From Candidatus Woesearchaeota archaeon (GTDB lineage: Archaea; Nanobdellota; Nanobdellia; SCGC-AAA011-G17; GW2011-AR18), in assembly GCA_964430545.1 (NCBI GenBank), contig CAYSFG010000024.1, positions 24,534 through 88,533 of the forward strand: DNA of 64,000 nucleotides, given 5' to 3'. The notes beneath the pieces were generated by a model. That model was given only the letters and a program-made list of their open reading frames with translations, ran no database searches and had not been told where the DNA came from. Below, piece by piece: positions 38,812 to 48,927 of this stretch. How positions within the stretch are numbered: position 1 is the first letter of the stretch; each line of letters begins with the position of its first letter. The position numbers and the translations under genes are program-made.

Positions 38812-41664
38812 ATGAAGAAAATAAATTATTTTTATCTAATTATTATTTTATTAATCTTATTATTTTCTTATGATAGTTTTGCTGGTTTTCAAAATAAGTG
38901 TGGTAGTTCTGGTATTGCTTGTCTTTGTGGTGATCAATTAAATGATAGTAGGACATTGGTTGGCGGTGTTGATAATTTAACAGGATGTAATACCCACACT
39001 ATTCTAAATTTATCTATTAATAATATTTTATTAGATTGTGCTGGGAATATACTTGGAGGAAACTATAGTAGTATTGGTCTTTTTCAAGCAGATAGTGGTA
39101 ATGCAGGCATTAAAATTAATTCTTTAAATAACCAAGGTTATACAAATATTAGTATTAAAAATTGTATTATTGAAGGTGTTGGTGTTGGTGTTAGAATTAT
39201 TGGAAATGGTGATACTGCAAATATTTTAATTCAGAATAATACTTTTAGGAATATAATGAATAGGGTTAGTAATAGTGCTGTTGGTGGGGTAGTTACAAAT
39301 AGTTTTATTAATGTTAGTATTTTAGATAATATTTTTCAAAATATGTCGTGTTCTTCTTGTTCTGGTGCTAGTCAAAGAATAATAAAATTGGTTACGGGTG
39401 CAAGTACGGATAGTATGGTTAATGTTAGTGTTTTTCGTAATAAATTTTTTAATATTTCAACTGATAATAATAAAATTATAGATATCGGTAATGATTTCAG
39501 TGGTAGTGTTAGTTTTAGAGATATATTTATTAATGATAATATTTTTGATCAAATTAATAGTTCTATAGCAATTGGCGTTAATTTAGGTGTAAGTAATATT
39601 ACTATTAAAAATAATACTATTAAAAATTTTATAGTGAGTGATACTGCAATTGGTGTATATGGGATAAGAATAACTAATACTAATTTTATTAATATATCAG
39701 AAAATGTAATAAATAATGGTAATATAAGTGGGGCTATAGATATTAGTCATTCTAATAATATTAGTGTTTTAAATAATACAATTAAAAATTTTATTATTCA
39801 TCCTCTTTCAGCAAATCCCAGTCTTGTAGGAATACAAGTAGAGAACACTACAAATATTAATATTTTAGATAATATAATTAATAATTTTACATGTATGACT
39901 TGTCCTAGTGATTCTGGGGTTTTTGGTATAGGTATTTCATTTGTTTTTAATTCAGTTCTTGAAAGATTAGTTAATATTACTATAGAACGTAATATTATAT
40001 CTAATTTTAGTGGATCATCTTACGGAATTAAATTAGAAACAAACGGTATTGTTGATGGTATTTTTAATAATTTTTTTATAAGAAATAATACATTAATAGG
40101 TTTTTATGGGGGTAGTAATAGTGCAGGAGCAAATGCGATTTCATTTACAAATTTTACTAATATTAGTATAATAAGTAATACTATTAGACATGTAAGTGAT
40201 TATGGTTTTGTTTTAAATAATATTAATAATAAAAATAATCAGAATAATATTATTATATCTAATAATAATTTATTTAATTTATCTTATGGTTTTGTTTTTG
40301 ATTTTTTATATAATAGTGGACAAACTACTGCCCCAGGTACTAATTGGACTTTGAGAGATAATATTATTAGTAATGCTACTGTTGGTATTCAAATGACTAA
40401 TGTCACTCAGTTAATATTAATTAATAATACTATTGCTAATACAACTCTTGCAATTAATGGCAGTGCATTATCTGGTTTTAAGAGTATTTTAATTTATGAA
40501 AACCAGTTTTCTAGTCTTATATGGAATCAATCTAATTTAACTATTTATAATAGTTTAGGTTTTGGTCTTATGAATAGTATTGTTATTGGCAATAATAGTG
40601 CTTTTGTAAATACAACTAATAATCCTCAATTTAATATTGCTACAAATTTTACTTTTTTTCAGCAATCTTTTACTGCTAATAATCTTTATAGTATATTTAA
40701 AGATGGTAGTTTGTGTTCTGGTAGTGTTTGTATTAAACAAGCAAGCAATCCTGTTAGTATAAGTGTTACTGGTTTTAGTAATTATAGTGTTGTTCCAGAT
40801 AACGTTGCTCCTGGTAGTTTTAGTATTAGTTCTTCTAGTGGTTCTAGTTTTACTCATGGTGTTTCTACTATTATTAGTTGTAGTTATAGTGATGATAATC
40901 CGAGCAGTATTTCTATAAGTTCTAGTGATGGGACAAGTATTTGTTCTAGTTCTAGTTCTTGTTCTGGTAGTTATATTCCTTCTGTAGGAAGTAAAACAAT
41001 AACTTGTACAGGCAGAGATGTTGTAGGTAATTCTGCTTCCACATCTTTAACTTTAACTGTTAATCAAGTTAGTTCTTCTCCTGCATCAAGTGCTTCTTCT
41101 GGTTCTTCTACAGCAACTGCAACTACAATTGCAACAACTACTGAATCAACCCCAACAACTGCAACTACAATTGCAACAACTACTGAATCAACCCCGGCAG
41201 CAGAAACTCCAGCTACTGCCCCTACTATTGCTCAACTTACAAAAGCAGAAACAAAAATAGAAGAACAAAAAACAATTTTAAGAGAAGCAGATGCACCTGT
41301 AGTTTCTATTGTTGAAGGTATATCAACAGTTGTTGAAAGTAAATCTGAAACTGTTGCTATTACTGTAAGTCATCCTTCTGCTCCACCTTCAGGTGTTTTA
41401 CAAACTGCTAGTGTTACTGTTTCTAATATTAAAAATGAGAAAGCAAGTCTTGAAGTTAGAGTAGTTTTAGATGAAAAAGGCTTAGAAAGACCTTCTTTAA
41501 ATTCTATTTTTGAAATTAAAGAGCTTAAAAAAATTCCTAGAACAATTAATGTTAGACCTACAGCAAATTTAAGATCATCTGCTTTTGTTGGTTCTTTTCT
41601 TCTTGTTGGTTTGCTTTTGAGTTTATTCGCAGAGTTTAAAACTATTAGAAAAAAGAAAATTTAA
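38812..41664 (+). CDS. Large secreted parallel beta-helix surface protein with S/T-rich stalk and C-terminal TM
   Basis: Signal peptide, many N(I/V)xIxNNx(I/F) repeats, mucin-like linker, terminal TM plus basic tail. Confidence 0.85.
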   Translation: MKKINYFYLIIILLILLFSYDSFAGFQNKCGSSGIACLCGDQLNDSRTLVGGVDNLTGCNTHTILNLSINNILLDCAGNILGGNYSSIGLFQADSGNAGIKINSLNNQGYTNISIKNCIIEGVGVGVRIIGNGDTANILIQNNTFRNIMNRVSNSAVGGVVTNSFINVSILDNIFQNMSCSSCSGASQRIIKLVTGASTDSMVNVSVFRNKFFNISTDNNKIIDIGNDFSGSVSFRDIFINDNIFDQINSSIAIGVNLGVSNITIKNNTIKNFIVSDTAIGVYGIRITNTNFINISENVINNGNISGAIDISHSNNISVLNNTIKNFIIHPLSANPSLVGIQVENTTNINILDNIINNFTCMTCPSDSGVFGIGISFVFNSVLERLVNITIERNIISNFSGSSYGIKLETNGIVDGIFNNFFIRNNTLIGFYGGSNSAGANAISFTNFTNISIISNTIRHVSDYGFVLNNINNKNNQNNIIISNNNLFNLSYGFVFDFLYNSGQTTAPGTNWTLRDNIISNATVGIQMTNVTQLILINNTIANTTLAINGSALSGFKSILIYENQFSSLIWNQSNLTIYNSLGFGLMNSIVIGNNSAFVNTTNNPQFNIATNFTFFQQSFTANNLYSIFKDGSLCSGSVCIKQASNPVSISVTGFSNYSVVPDNVAPGSFSISSSSGSSFTHGVSTIISCSYSDDNPSSISISSSDGTSICSSSSSCSGSYIPSVGSKTITCTGRDVVGNSASTSLTLTVNQVSSSPASSASSGSSTATATTIATTTESTPTTATTIATTTESTPAAETPATAPTIAQLTKAETKIEEQKTILREADAPVVSIVEGISTVVESKSETVAITVSHPSAPPSGVLQTASVTVSNIKNEKASLEVRVVLDEKGLERPSLNSIFEIKELKKIPRTINVRPTANLRSSAFVGSFLLVGLLLSLFAEFKTIRKKKI
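41114..41195 (+). repeat. 42-bp tandem duplication in the stalk
   Basis: Identical 40-mers at 41114 and 41156 encoding TATTIATTTESTP. Confidence 0.95.
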
Positions 41665-41850
41665 ATTTTAGGTTTAGTAAATCATATAAGTTATTTGATT
41701 AAAAGTATTTTAATATTAGTAAACAACAAATAAAAAGAGAACTTTTAAAAACTAAGTTTCTAAGAAATTTGACATCGTAAAATTTAGTTCAAAAAGAAAA
41801 GATTATCAAAAAGTGAATTATGCAACATTTTCAAAATCTAGTTACTTTGT

Positions 41851-42597
41851 TTATTCCACAACTAATAATAATATCATTATTCCTATTCCTAATAAAAATG
41901 ATATTAGTTGTATTATTGATTTTGAAATTTTTAATTCTTTGTGAAGTTCAGGTATTAAATCTGCACCAGCAATATAAATAAATCCACCTGCAGTAAATGG
42001 TAATAAAAATTTACCAATATCAAAATAATTACTTAAAACTAAAGCCATAACAACACCTAAAAATGATGTTAATGCTGTTAAAAAATTTAATAATAATGCT
42101 TTTGATTTTGTAAAACCTCCTTGTATTAATACACTAAAATCTCCTATTTCTTGTGGTATTTCATGTAAAACAACTGCTATTGTTGTCGCTGTCCCAACTG
42201 GTATACTTACTAAATAACTTACACCTATGATTAATCCGTCTATGAAGTTATGTACTGCATCTCCTATTAAATTTAATATTGCAAATGGATGTATATGTTC
42301 TTTACTTTCTGGATTATGACAATGTCTCCAATGTATAAATTTTTCTATTATAAAAAACAAAACTATTCCTGATAATAATGATATTCCTATTTCTATATCA
42401 AAACCATAATCTTTTACTGTTTCGGGTAATAAATGTATAAATGTATCACCAAATAATCCTCCTGCAGCAAAACTTACAAAATAAAGTAAATATTTTCTTA
42501 ATTTTTTCTCATTTAAACTCAATGTAAATATACCAATAAATGAAATTAAACTAACTATCAATACACTTAATAAACTATAGAACCATATATTCAACAT
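41851..42597 (-). CDS. ZIP family metal transporter
   Basis: HNFIDG, HEIPQEIGD, His-rich loop. Confidence 0.93.
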   Translation of the reverse strand: MLNIWFYSLLSVLIVSLISFIGIFTLSLNEKKLRKYLLYFVSFAAGGLFGDTFIHLLPETVKDYGFDIEIGISLLSGIVLFFIIEKFIHWRHCHNPESKEHIHPFAILNLIGDAVHNFIDGLIIGVSYLVSIPVGTATTIAVVLHEIPQEIGDFSVLIQGGFTKSKALLLNFLTALTSFLGVVMALVLSNYFDIGKFLLPFTAGGFIYIAGADLIPELHKELKISKSIIQLISFLLGIGIMILLLVVE

Positions 42598-42706
42598 ATC
42601 ATTTTTATTTTATGATTGTATATAAGTGTTATGTTTAATTATTTTTAATTAAATGAGAGATTCTAAAATAAACAACTTTTATATAATAATTAAATTTTTA
42701 TTATTT

Positions 42707-43468
42707 ATGAAAATAATATCATGGAATATTAATGGTATAAATTCTGTTATAAATAAAGGTTTAATTAAATTTATGGAAGATACAAGTGCTGATATTTATT
42801 GTTTTCAAGAAACAAAGTGTTCTAATGAAAAAATCAAGAATTTTGATAATCATCTAGATAAATATATTAATTATTGGGCTTGTGCCGAGAAGAAAGGTTA
42901 TAGTGGCCTTTTAATATCTACAAAAATTAAACCTTTATCTATATTTTATGGTATTAATAATAAAGATTTTGATAACGAAGGCAGGGTTATTACATTAGAA
43001 TTTAATAGTTTTTATTTAATAAATACTTATTTTCCAAATTCTAATCATGAATTATCAAGGTTAGATTTCAAATTAAAATTTAATAATGAATTTTTAGAAT
43101 ATTGTAATAAATTAAAAGAAAAAAAACCTTTAATTATTTGTGGTGATTTTAATGTTGCACATACAGAAATTGATTTGAAAAATCCAAAAACAAATGTTAA
43201 TAATGCTGGTTTTACTATTCAAGAAAGAGATTGGTTTACTAAATTTTTAGATTCTAATTATATAGATACTTTTAGAATTTTTAATAAAGAATCTGGTAAT
43301 TATACTTGGTGGTCTTATAGATTTAATGCACGTTCTAGAAATATTGGTTGGCGTATTGATTATTTTATTGTAAATAAAGAAATTAAAATTAAAATTATAA
43401 AAAGTTTAATCTTAAAAGATATTTTAGGTTCTGATCATTGTCCTATTTTGTTAGAGGTTAATATTTAA
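42707..43468 (+). CDS. xth: Exodeoxyribonuclease III / AP endonuclease
   Basis: SWNING, CFQETK, YFPN, GDFNVAH, RIDYF, GSDHCP; ATG 42707 preferred. Confidence 0.95.
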   Translation: MKIISWNINGINSVINKGLIKFMEDTSADIYCFQETKCSNEKIKNFDNHLDKYINYWACAEKKGYSGLLISTKIKPLSIFYGINNKDFDNEGRVITLEFNSFYLINTYFPNSNHELSRLDFKLKFNNEFLEYCNKLKEKKPLIICGDFNVAHTEIDLKNPKTNVNNAGFTIQERDWFTKFLDSNYIDTFRIFNKESGNYTWWSYRFNARSRNIGWRIDYFIVNKEIKIKIIKSLILKDILGSDHCPILLEVNI

Positions 43469-43555
43469 TAAGGGGGCACTTTAATTTCTATCAGTAGTTC
43501 ATAAATATTTTTTTCTCAAATTATATTTTATAATATATATTTTATAGTATCAAAT

Positions 43556-43582
43556 GCTCGTGCCAAAAAAGAGCTCGTGCCA
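43556..43582 (+). promoter_or_regulatory. GCTCGTGCCA direct repeats upstream of a TATA box
   Basis: Copies at 43556 and 43573; TTTATAAA at 43598. Confidence 0.5.
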
Positions 43583-43757
43583 CCTGCCCGCCTAAAGTTT
43601 ATAAAGCATTTAATTGATATATATTATACCTCATTGAAAAAGAAGCGAAAGCAAAACGAGGCCTTCCCTTTAGTGTTTATAGAAATTTATGGGAGTGGTT
43701 ATTTTAATTCTTTTTCTTTGAGTTTGAAAAAAATGGGAAACCAACGGAGGAAATAAA

Positions 43758-44030
43758 ATGACAAACAGACCAGTAAAACAATATAGAGCAAAGAATATCT
43801 CAGGTGCTATCTGGGAAAATGAAAGAGAAAAGAATGGGGTAGTTATAGGTTTTAAAACTGTAAGTATAAGACGTTCTTGGTATGACAAGGATAAACAAAT
43901 ATGGAGAGACGAAACAATTAATTTACATAAAACAGACATCTCTAAAATGTTAGTTGTACTAAATAAAATACAAGAAGAATTATTATTAAATCACGAAGAT
44001 AAAGAAGAGGAGGATACTGAAGAAGATTAA
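43758..44030 (+). CDS. PC4-like putative ssDNA-binding protein with acidic tail
   Basis: ISGAIWEN...TVSIRRSWYDKDKQIW...TDISKMLVVL; acidic C-terminus; upstream of radA. Confidence 0.65.
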   Translation: MTNRPVKQYRAKNISGAIWENEREKNGVVIGFKTVSIRRSWYDKDKQIWRDETINLHKTDISKMLVVLNKIQEELLLNHEDKEEEDTEED

Positions 44031-44150
44031 TTTTTTTATTTTTTTAAATCAAGACTTAAAAGATAATACAAATAATTTGGATAATTATACAATAAATTTG
44101 AATGATTTTTCCAAATAAAAAGGTTAAAATTTATAAAGGAGGAAATTAAA

Positions 44151-45170
44151 ATGAATAATAGAAAAATAGAAATACAAGAGCAGGTGCAAGAAGAAAAGAT
44201 GGAAGAAAAATCTACAAAAAGAGTGGTTGTTAATACTGTTGAAGACTTACCTGGTGTAGGTCCTGCTACTGCTGAAAAATTAAAGGAATCAGGATTTGAT
44301 ACTTTACTTACATTAGCTGTAGCATCTCCAGGAGAATTAGTAGAAGCTGGTGGTCTTACTGAAGCTACTGCTAGAAAAGTAATCAAAGCAGCTAGAGATT
44401 CTATGAATATGGGTTTTGAATCTGGTGAAGACTTATTAGAAAAAAGAAAAAATATTTTAAAAGTATCAACGGGTTCAAATGCAATTAATAATATGTTGGG
44501 TGGGGGAATAGAATCTGGAGGCATAACAGAATTTTTTGGGGAATTTGGATCATCAAAGACACAAATTGCTCATCAACTTGCAGTAAATATTCAGTTGCCA
44601 AAAGATCAAGGTGGTGCTAATGGTGTTTGTGTTTACATTGATACTGAAGGAGCATTCAGGCCTGAAAGAATTAAACAAATGGCTGAAGCTAAAGGTCTTG
44701 ATTCTTCTACAGTATTAAGAAATATTAAAATTGCTAGAGCTTTTAACTCAGATCATCAAATATTATTAGCTGAAAAAGTTGAAGACTTAATAAAAAACGA
44801 AGGACTAAATGTTAAATTATTAATTGTTGATTCTTTGATGTCACATCTAAGAGCAGACTTCGTTGGTAGGGGCCAGTTAGCAGATAGACAACAAAAATTA
44901 AACAAACACATGCATACATTATCTAAAATAGCAACGATGTATAATTTAGTTGTTTATGTAACAAATCAGGTTATGTCAAAACCAGATACTTTCTTTGGTG
45001 ATCCTACTGCACCTATTGGGGGCCATATAGTTGCGCACAATAGTCAAACCCGTATATATCTTAGAAAGGGTAAAAAAGGGACTAGAGTTGCTAAGCTTAT
45101 TGATTCACCACATTTGCCGGATGCTGAGGTAATATTTATTGTAGAAGAGTCAGGTATTAAAGACGTTTAA
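44151..45170 (+). CDS. radA: DNA repair and recombination protein RadA
   Basis: N-terminal HhH LPGVGPATAEKL, GEFGSSKT, IDTEGAFRPER, IVDSL, GGHIVAH. Confidence 0.97.
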   Translation: MNNRKIEIQEQVQEEKMEEKSTKRVVVNTVEDLPGVGPATAEKLKESGFDTLLTLAVASPGELVEAGGLTEATARKVIKAARDSMNMGFESGEDLLEKRKNILKVSTGSNAINNMLGGGIESGGITEFFGEFGSSKTQIAHQLAVNIQLPKDQGGANGVCVYIDTEGAFRPERIKQMAEAKGLDSSTVLRNIKIARAFNSDHQILLAEKVEDLIKNEGLNVKLLIVDSLMSHLRADFVGRGQLADRQQKLNKHMHTLSKIATMYNLVVYVTNQVMSKPDTFFGDPTAPIGGHIVAHNSQTRIYLRKGKKGTRVAKLIDSPHLPDAEVIFIVEESGIKDV

Positions 45171-45282
45171 TTTTTATTTTTTCTTTTTATTTAATTGGGT
45201 TATCTAAAAATGATTGAAATTAAACTTATGTATGGAAAAAAAGTTAATTGTTAATGCTACAGACATTAAAAAAATAAAAAAA

Positions 45283-45711
45283 TTATTGTTTCGGTTCACA
45301 ATATCTTGATGCTTCATTTCCACTAGCATCTAAACTTCTAGTACATTTTTGTGTTTCTTCTTCCCACATTTCTGTAGTAATTGTTCCTAGTATTATTTTT
45401 GTACAGCTTTCATCTTCTGATTTCCATGTTTCTGTTTGTTGGTCTATTAACTTTGTGTGGCAAGCTTTACATTCAATTTTTCCATTATCTAATTTTATTT
45501 CTTCCACACCTAATATTTCTGATTTATACCCTCCAACATTAACTGTCGCTTTTTTACACCATGAACTTGCATATTCACTAGTTGTTTCTGTTTCAACTTC
45601 AATTTTTTGGTCTCCAGATCCATATTCTAATTTTGTTTTTTTTGTAGTACTTCCACAAGCAACTAATAAAAATAGAGAAAGTATTAATATTCCTATTATT
45701 ATTTTTTTCAT
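45283..45711 (-). CDS. Small Cys-rich lipoprotein-like protein
   Basis: LVAC lipobox; GGAGGT SD. Confidence 0.7.
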   Translation of the reverse strand: MKKIIIGILILSLFLLVACGSTTKKTKLEYGSGDQKIEVETETTSEYASSWCKKATVNVGGYKSEILGVEEIKLDNGKIECKACHTKLIDQQTETWKSEDESCTKIILGTITTEMWEEETQKCTRSLDASGNEASRYCEPKQ

Positions 45712-45763
45712 TTTTTTCCAACCTCCGTTATTAGATTATAATTATACAGGTATATAAAATTTA

Positions 45764-45822
45764 CTTCTCAGGGTTTGTTCAATCCTTCACACGTTCAGCT
45801 CAGAGTTGTTTCATCATCGAAG
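45764..45822 (-). ncRNA. Box C/D guide sRNA, D guide complementary to the 23S rRNA A-loop
   Basis: CTTCG-ATGATGA(C)-AACAACTCTGAG-CTGA(D')-ACGTGTGA(degenerate C')-AGGATTGAACAAACC-CTGA(D)-GAAG with CTTC/GAAG terminal stem; TATA about 25 nt upstream. Confidence 0.85.
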
Positions 45823-45855
45823 CAATTAAGCAAAATACTAAAACATTATAAATCT

Positions 45856-46404
45856 TTACAATGCTTTTTTAGTTAATCCTATTAAATAGCCAATTCCTCT
45901 TGTTATTAGGTGTATTATAAAATATAATATTAATAATATAAAAAAATCTTTTAGAGAAATTAAATATATTGGCATTATAAAAACTACAGCTCCTACTATC
46001 CAGTCTATTTGGTCGAATGGCATAAAGACGTCTCCAGGTTTTATTCCTGCTTGTCTTTTGAAAAAACTTTTTATTATATCACCAAATAATGCCCCGAATC
46101 CCATTAAAAAACCAACAATTATTGAGTAATTTGTTGAGTAATTTATTAAACTTAATTCTTTAAAATAATTATAATTTTTAAATAAATATTCTTGTATTAA
46201 TACAATTATTATCGCAAATATAATACCAAATATTAATCCTCTAAATGTTTTATGATCTCCAAGTATTCTTTTTTTAAATAATTGTTTTTTAAAATCTAAA
46301 GGATAGTTTAATTTTTTAAAATATTTTCTTATTAGAACAGGCGCCATGTTTGCTAATCCTGCAGGTAATAAAAAATATATTAATTGTAATAAGTAAAATG
46401 ACAT
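45856..46404 (-). CDS. carS: CDP-archaeol synthase (DUF46)
   Basis: ANMAPV, LGDHKTFRG, GDIIKSFFKRQ, PFDQID. Confidence 0.9.
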   Translation of the reverse strand: MSFYLLQLIYFLLPAGLANMAPVLIRKYFKKLNYPLDFKKQLFKKRILGDHKTFRGLIFGIIFAIIIVLIQEYLFKNYNYFKELSLINYSTNYSIIVGFLMGFGALFGDIIKSFFKRQAGIKPGDVFMPFDQIDWIVGAVVFIMPIYLISLKDFFILLILYFIIHLITRGIGYLIGLTKKAL

Positions 46405-46515
46405 AATTATATTATTTTTATTTTGTTTATAAATTTATCTTTATTTTTTCTCAAATATTTATCTTAATTACTCTATCACTAAAATTAATCATCATTTGGA
46501 GAAAATATTAGTATT

Positions 46516-47160
46516 TTATCGTATTTTATAGAATCTTTCTGCAAATTTACATTTTGCACTGAATCCGGTTATTATTGCTCTTAAGATTACAGGTATTATT
46601 AGTAAATAAACAAACAACCACTGGCTTTTGAATTTTTTCATTGCTCTTATTTTTTTTCCAAATGTTTTTGTTATGTCTTCATATACCCTTGGATGCATTT
46701 CTTCTTTTATATTCCATACTTCAAAGGCATAAACACTTATTTTTCTTTCCTTGTCATATTGTTCTATAGCCTTTATTGATATTTTATTTGTTGCTCTATG
46801 ATCTGGATGCGGATCGTGTTTTGAATGAATATAAACTCTATCTGGATTATATCTTTGTAATAATCTTTTAATTGTTTCTAATACTTTTGGATTTTCTATT
46901 TCTTTTTCTAATTGACCATCTTTTAAGCCCATGAATATTACTTCTTTGCTTCCTATATATTCTGCGATAGATATCATTTCTTTTTCTCTTAGTTCAATTA
47001 GAATATTTTTTTTCAGCCATGGTGAGCTTGCCTCTCCCGTGCTCATTATTACACTTATTACTTCATCTCCCCTTTCTGAAAATTTTGATATTGTTCCACC
47101 CATTCCTATTTCAAGATCATCCGAATGTGCGCCTATGCATACTATTCTTAATTTTGGCAT
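46516..47160 (-). CDS. PIG-L/LmbE family deacetylase
   Basis: GAHSDDLE, HPDHR motifs. Confidence 0.92.
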   Translation of the reverse strand: MPKLRIVCIGAHSDDLEIGMGGTISKFSERGDEVISVIMSTGEASSPWLKKNILIELREKEMISIAEYIGSKEVIFMGLKDGQLEKEIENPKVLETIKRLLQRYNPDRVYIHSKHDPHPDHRATNKISIKAIEQYDKERKISVYAFEVWNIKEEMHPRVYEDITKTFGKKIRAMKKFKSQWLFVYLLIIPVILRAIITGFSAKCKFAERFYKIR

Positions 47161-48197
47161 TTTATCATCTCATCTAATAACCTAAAGAGTTTTTTATTTC
47201 CAGGTTCATATTTTTTTGTGCCAAATCTTTCTAAATTTAATAAAAATATTTCTATTGTCCTTGAGTTAGGTTCTTCCATTATCATTCCAAGATTGTTTTC
47301 TTTTACATATTGTGCATTTAATATTTGTTCAAAATGATTTTTTATTGGCATTACTAACAATGGTTTTTTTAGATATGTTGCTTCACTTATCAAAGTAAAC
47401 CCGCCTGTTGTTATTATACCTCTAGAACTTGCAAGATCCTTTAAGAATTCTTTTTCATCAAATTTTTTAAATATTATATTTCCTTCTATTTTGTTATTGT
47501 AATTATAATTATATAATATAAATCTTGCCTTGATATTTTTTAATAATTCTATTAATTTTTCATTCTTTACAATGGAAGGATATACTAGGATATGTCCATC
47601 ATTTTTTATTTTTAGTTTTACAATTTCTTTTCTTAATATGGGATTTACGATATACATATTTTCCTGTCTTAATTTTTGTCCAGGCAACCCAATTATTATT
47701 GCCTTTCCATAATTAAATAATTTAGAAAAAAGATAAGTTTTATAATAATCTAATCTATATTTTTTTTCAAAATTTATTAGGCCATATAGTATGAAATGCT
47801 CATTGTCTATACTTATTAAGTTTAATTTCTTGTCTCTTGCATATAAATTAGTAAATAATTCCCAATCACTTATTATTATATTTGGTTTAAAATCATCTAA
47901 TTTATTTTTTAGTCTTTTTATATTAAGATAGTTCTTTATTGATATTTTTTTCAGGTTTTTTATTATTGTGGTTAGAGTAACTATTTTATTCTCTCTTAAT
48001 CCAAATTCTAGTCCGTCAACTAAGTAGACATTTTTATAGTGTTTTTTGAATTTTTCATAAGAGTTTAGACCTGCAATTATTATTAAATCATTCTTTTTGC
48101 TTAAGTGTTCTATTATAACTTTGCTTCTTATATAATGCCCTGCCCCTACCCCGCATACTCCAAAAACAATTTTGGCCATATTATAATATTCTTTCAA
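47148..48197 (-). CDS. GT-B glycosyltransferase (MJ1255/VC2487-like, GT28-related)
   Basis: GVGAGHYIR, ISDWE, TTGGFTLISEA, EQILNA. Confidence 0.88.
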   Translation of the reverse strand: MKEYYNMAKIVFGVCGVGAGHYIRSKVIIEHLSKKNDLIIIAGLNSYEKFKKHYKNVYLVDGLEFGLRENKIVTLTTIIKNLKKISIKNYLNIKRLKNKLDDFKPNIIISDWELFTNLYARDKKLNLISIDNEHFILYGLINFEKKYRLDYYKTYLFSKLFNYGKAIIIGLPGQKLRQENMYIVNPILRKEIVKLKIKNDGHILVYPSIVKNEKLIELLKNIKARFILYNYNYNNKIEGNIIFKKFDEKEFLKDLASSRGIITTGGFTLISEATYLKKPLLVMPIKNHFEQILNAQYVKENNLGMIMEEPNSRTIEIFLLNLERFGTKKYEPGNKKLFRLLDEMIKCQN

Positions 48198-48230
48198 AAC
48201 CTTTATAAATATTTGTTATACTCACCAGTC

Positions 48231-48404
48231 ATGGTAAATGAATTAACATGCACTTCATGCAACGTTAGAATAACTAATTTAAGTGGTTCTGTAAAATTTA
48301 AATGTCCTAAATGTGGAAATTCAGAAATAGTAAGATGTACTCATTGCAGAAAGATTGTAGCTCCTTATATTTGTCCTTCATGTGAATTTAAAGGACCAAA
48401 TTAA
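48231..48404 (+). CDS. Small zinc-ribbon protein (DUF1610-like)
   Basis: MVNELTCTSC...CPKCG...CTHCR...CPSCEFKGP; ATG 48231; precedes EF-1beta as in many archaea. Confidence 0.88.
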   Translation: MVNELTCTSCNVRITNLSGSVKFKCPKCGNSEIVRCTHCRKIVAPYICPSCEFKGPN

Positions 48405-48458
48405 TTACAATGAAAATTTTAATTTTTTTTATAAGAATATATGGGGGATTTTTTTAGC

Positions 48459-48734
48459 ATGGCAAAGATGTTTGTTACTTACAAGGTTATGCCTGAATCT
48501 CCTGATACCAATTTAAAAGATTTAAGAACTAAAATTCAAGTAATTGTTACTAATTTTGGTGGTGAATTATTGGATAGGGATATTATTGAACCTGTTGCTT
48601 TTGGTTTGATGGCTTTAAAATTAATGATTATTATTGATGAGTCTAAAGGTTCTGAGGATTTAGGGAATGAAATAGGTAATGTTTCTGAAGTTTCTAGTGT
48701 TGATGTTGTTGATATGCGTAGAGCTGTTGGTTAA
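48459..48734 (+). CDS. ef1b: Elongation factor 1-beta
   Basis: KVMPESP, EPVAFGLMALK. Confidence 0.93.
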   Translation: MAKMFVTYKVMPESPDTNLKDLRTKIQVIVTNFGGELLDRDIIEPVAFGLMALKLMIIIDESKGSEDLGNEIGNVSEVSSVDVVDMRRAVG

Positions 48735-48927
48735 ATTTATATTTGTTGTTGCATAATATATAATATTTTTTCATTAATCGATATTTTTGTATTTATTAAA
48801 ATGTTATTTAATATTAAATTTACATTTTCATATTTTTGTTCTTCTAAGTAAATTATTATTATAGTTACTTTATTTTGTTTTTAAAAATAATACAAACTTT
48901 TATTAATTCTTTTAAAAACTTATTTTT

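Noticed and set aside
883-45170. Inteins in Cdc6, LonB or RadA
   Set aside because: Lengths are normal and no splicing motifs or insertions are visible
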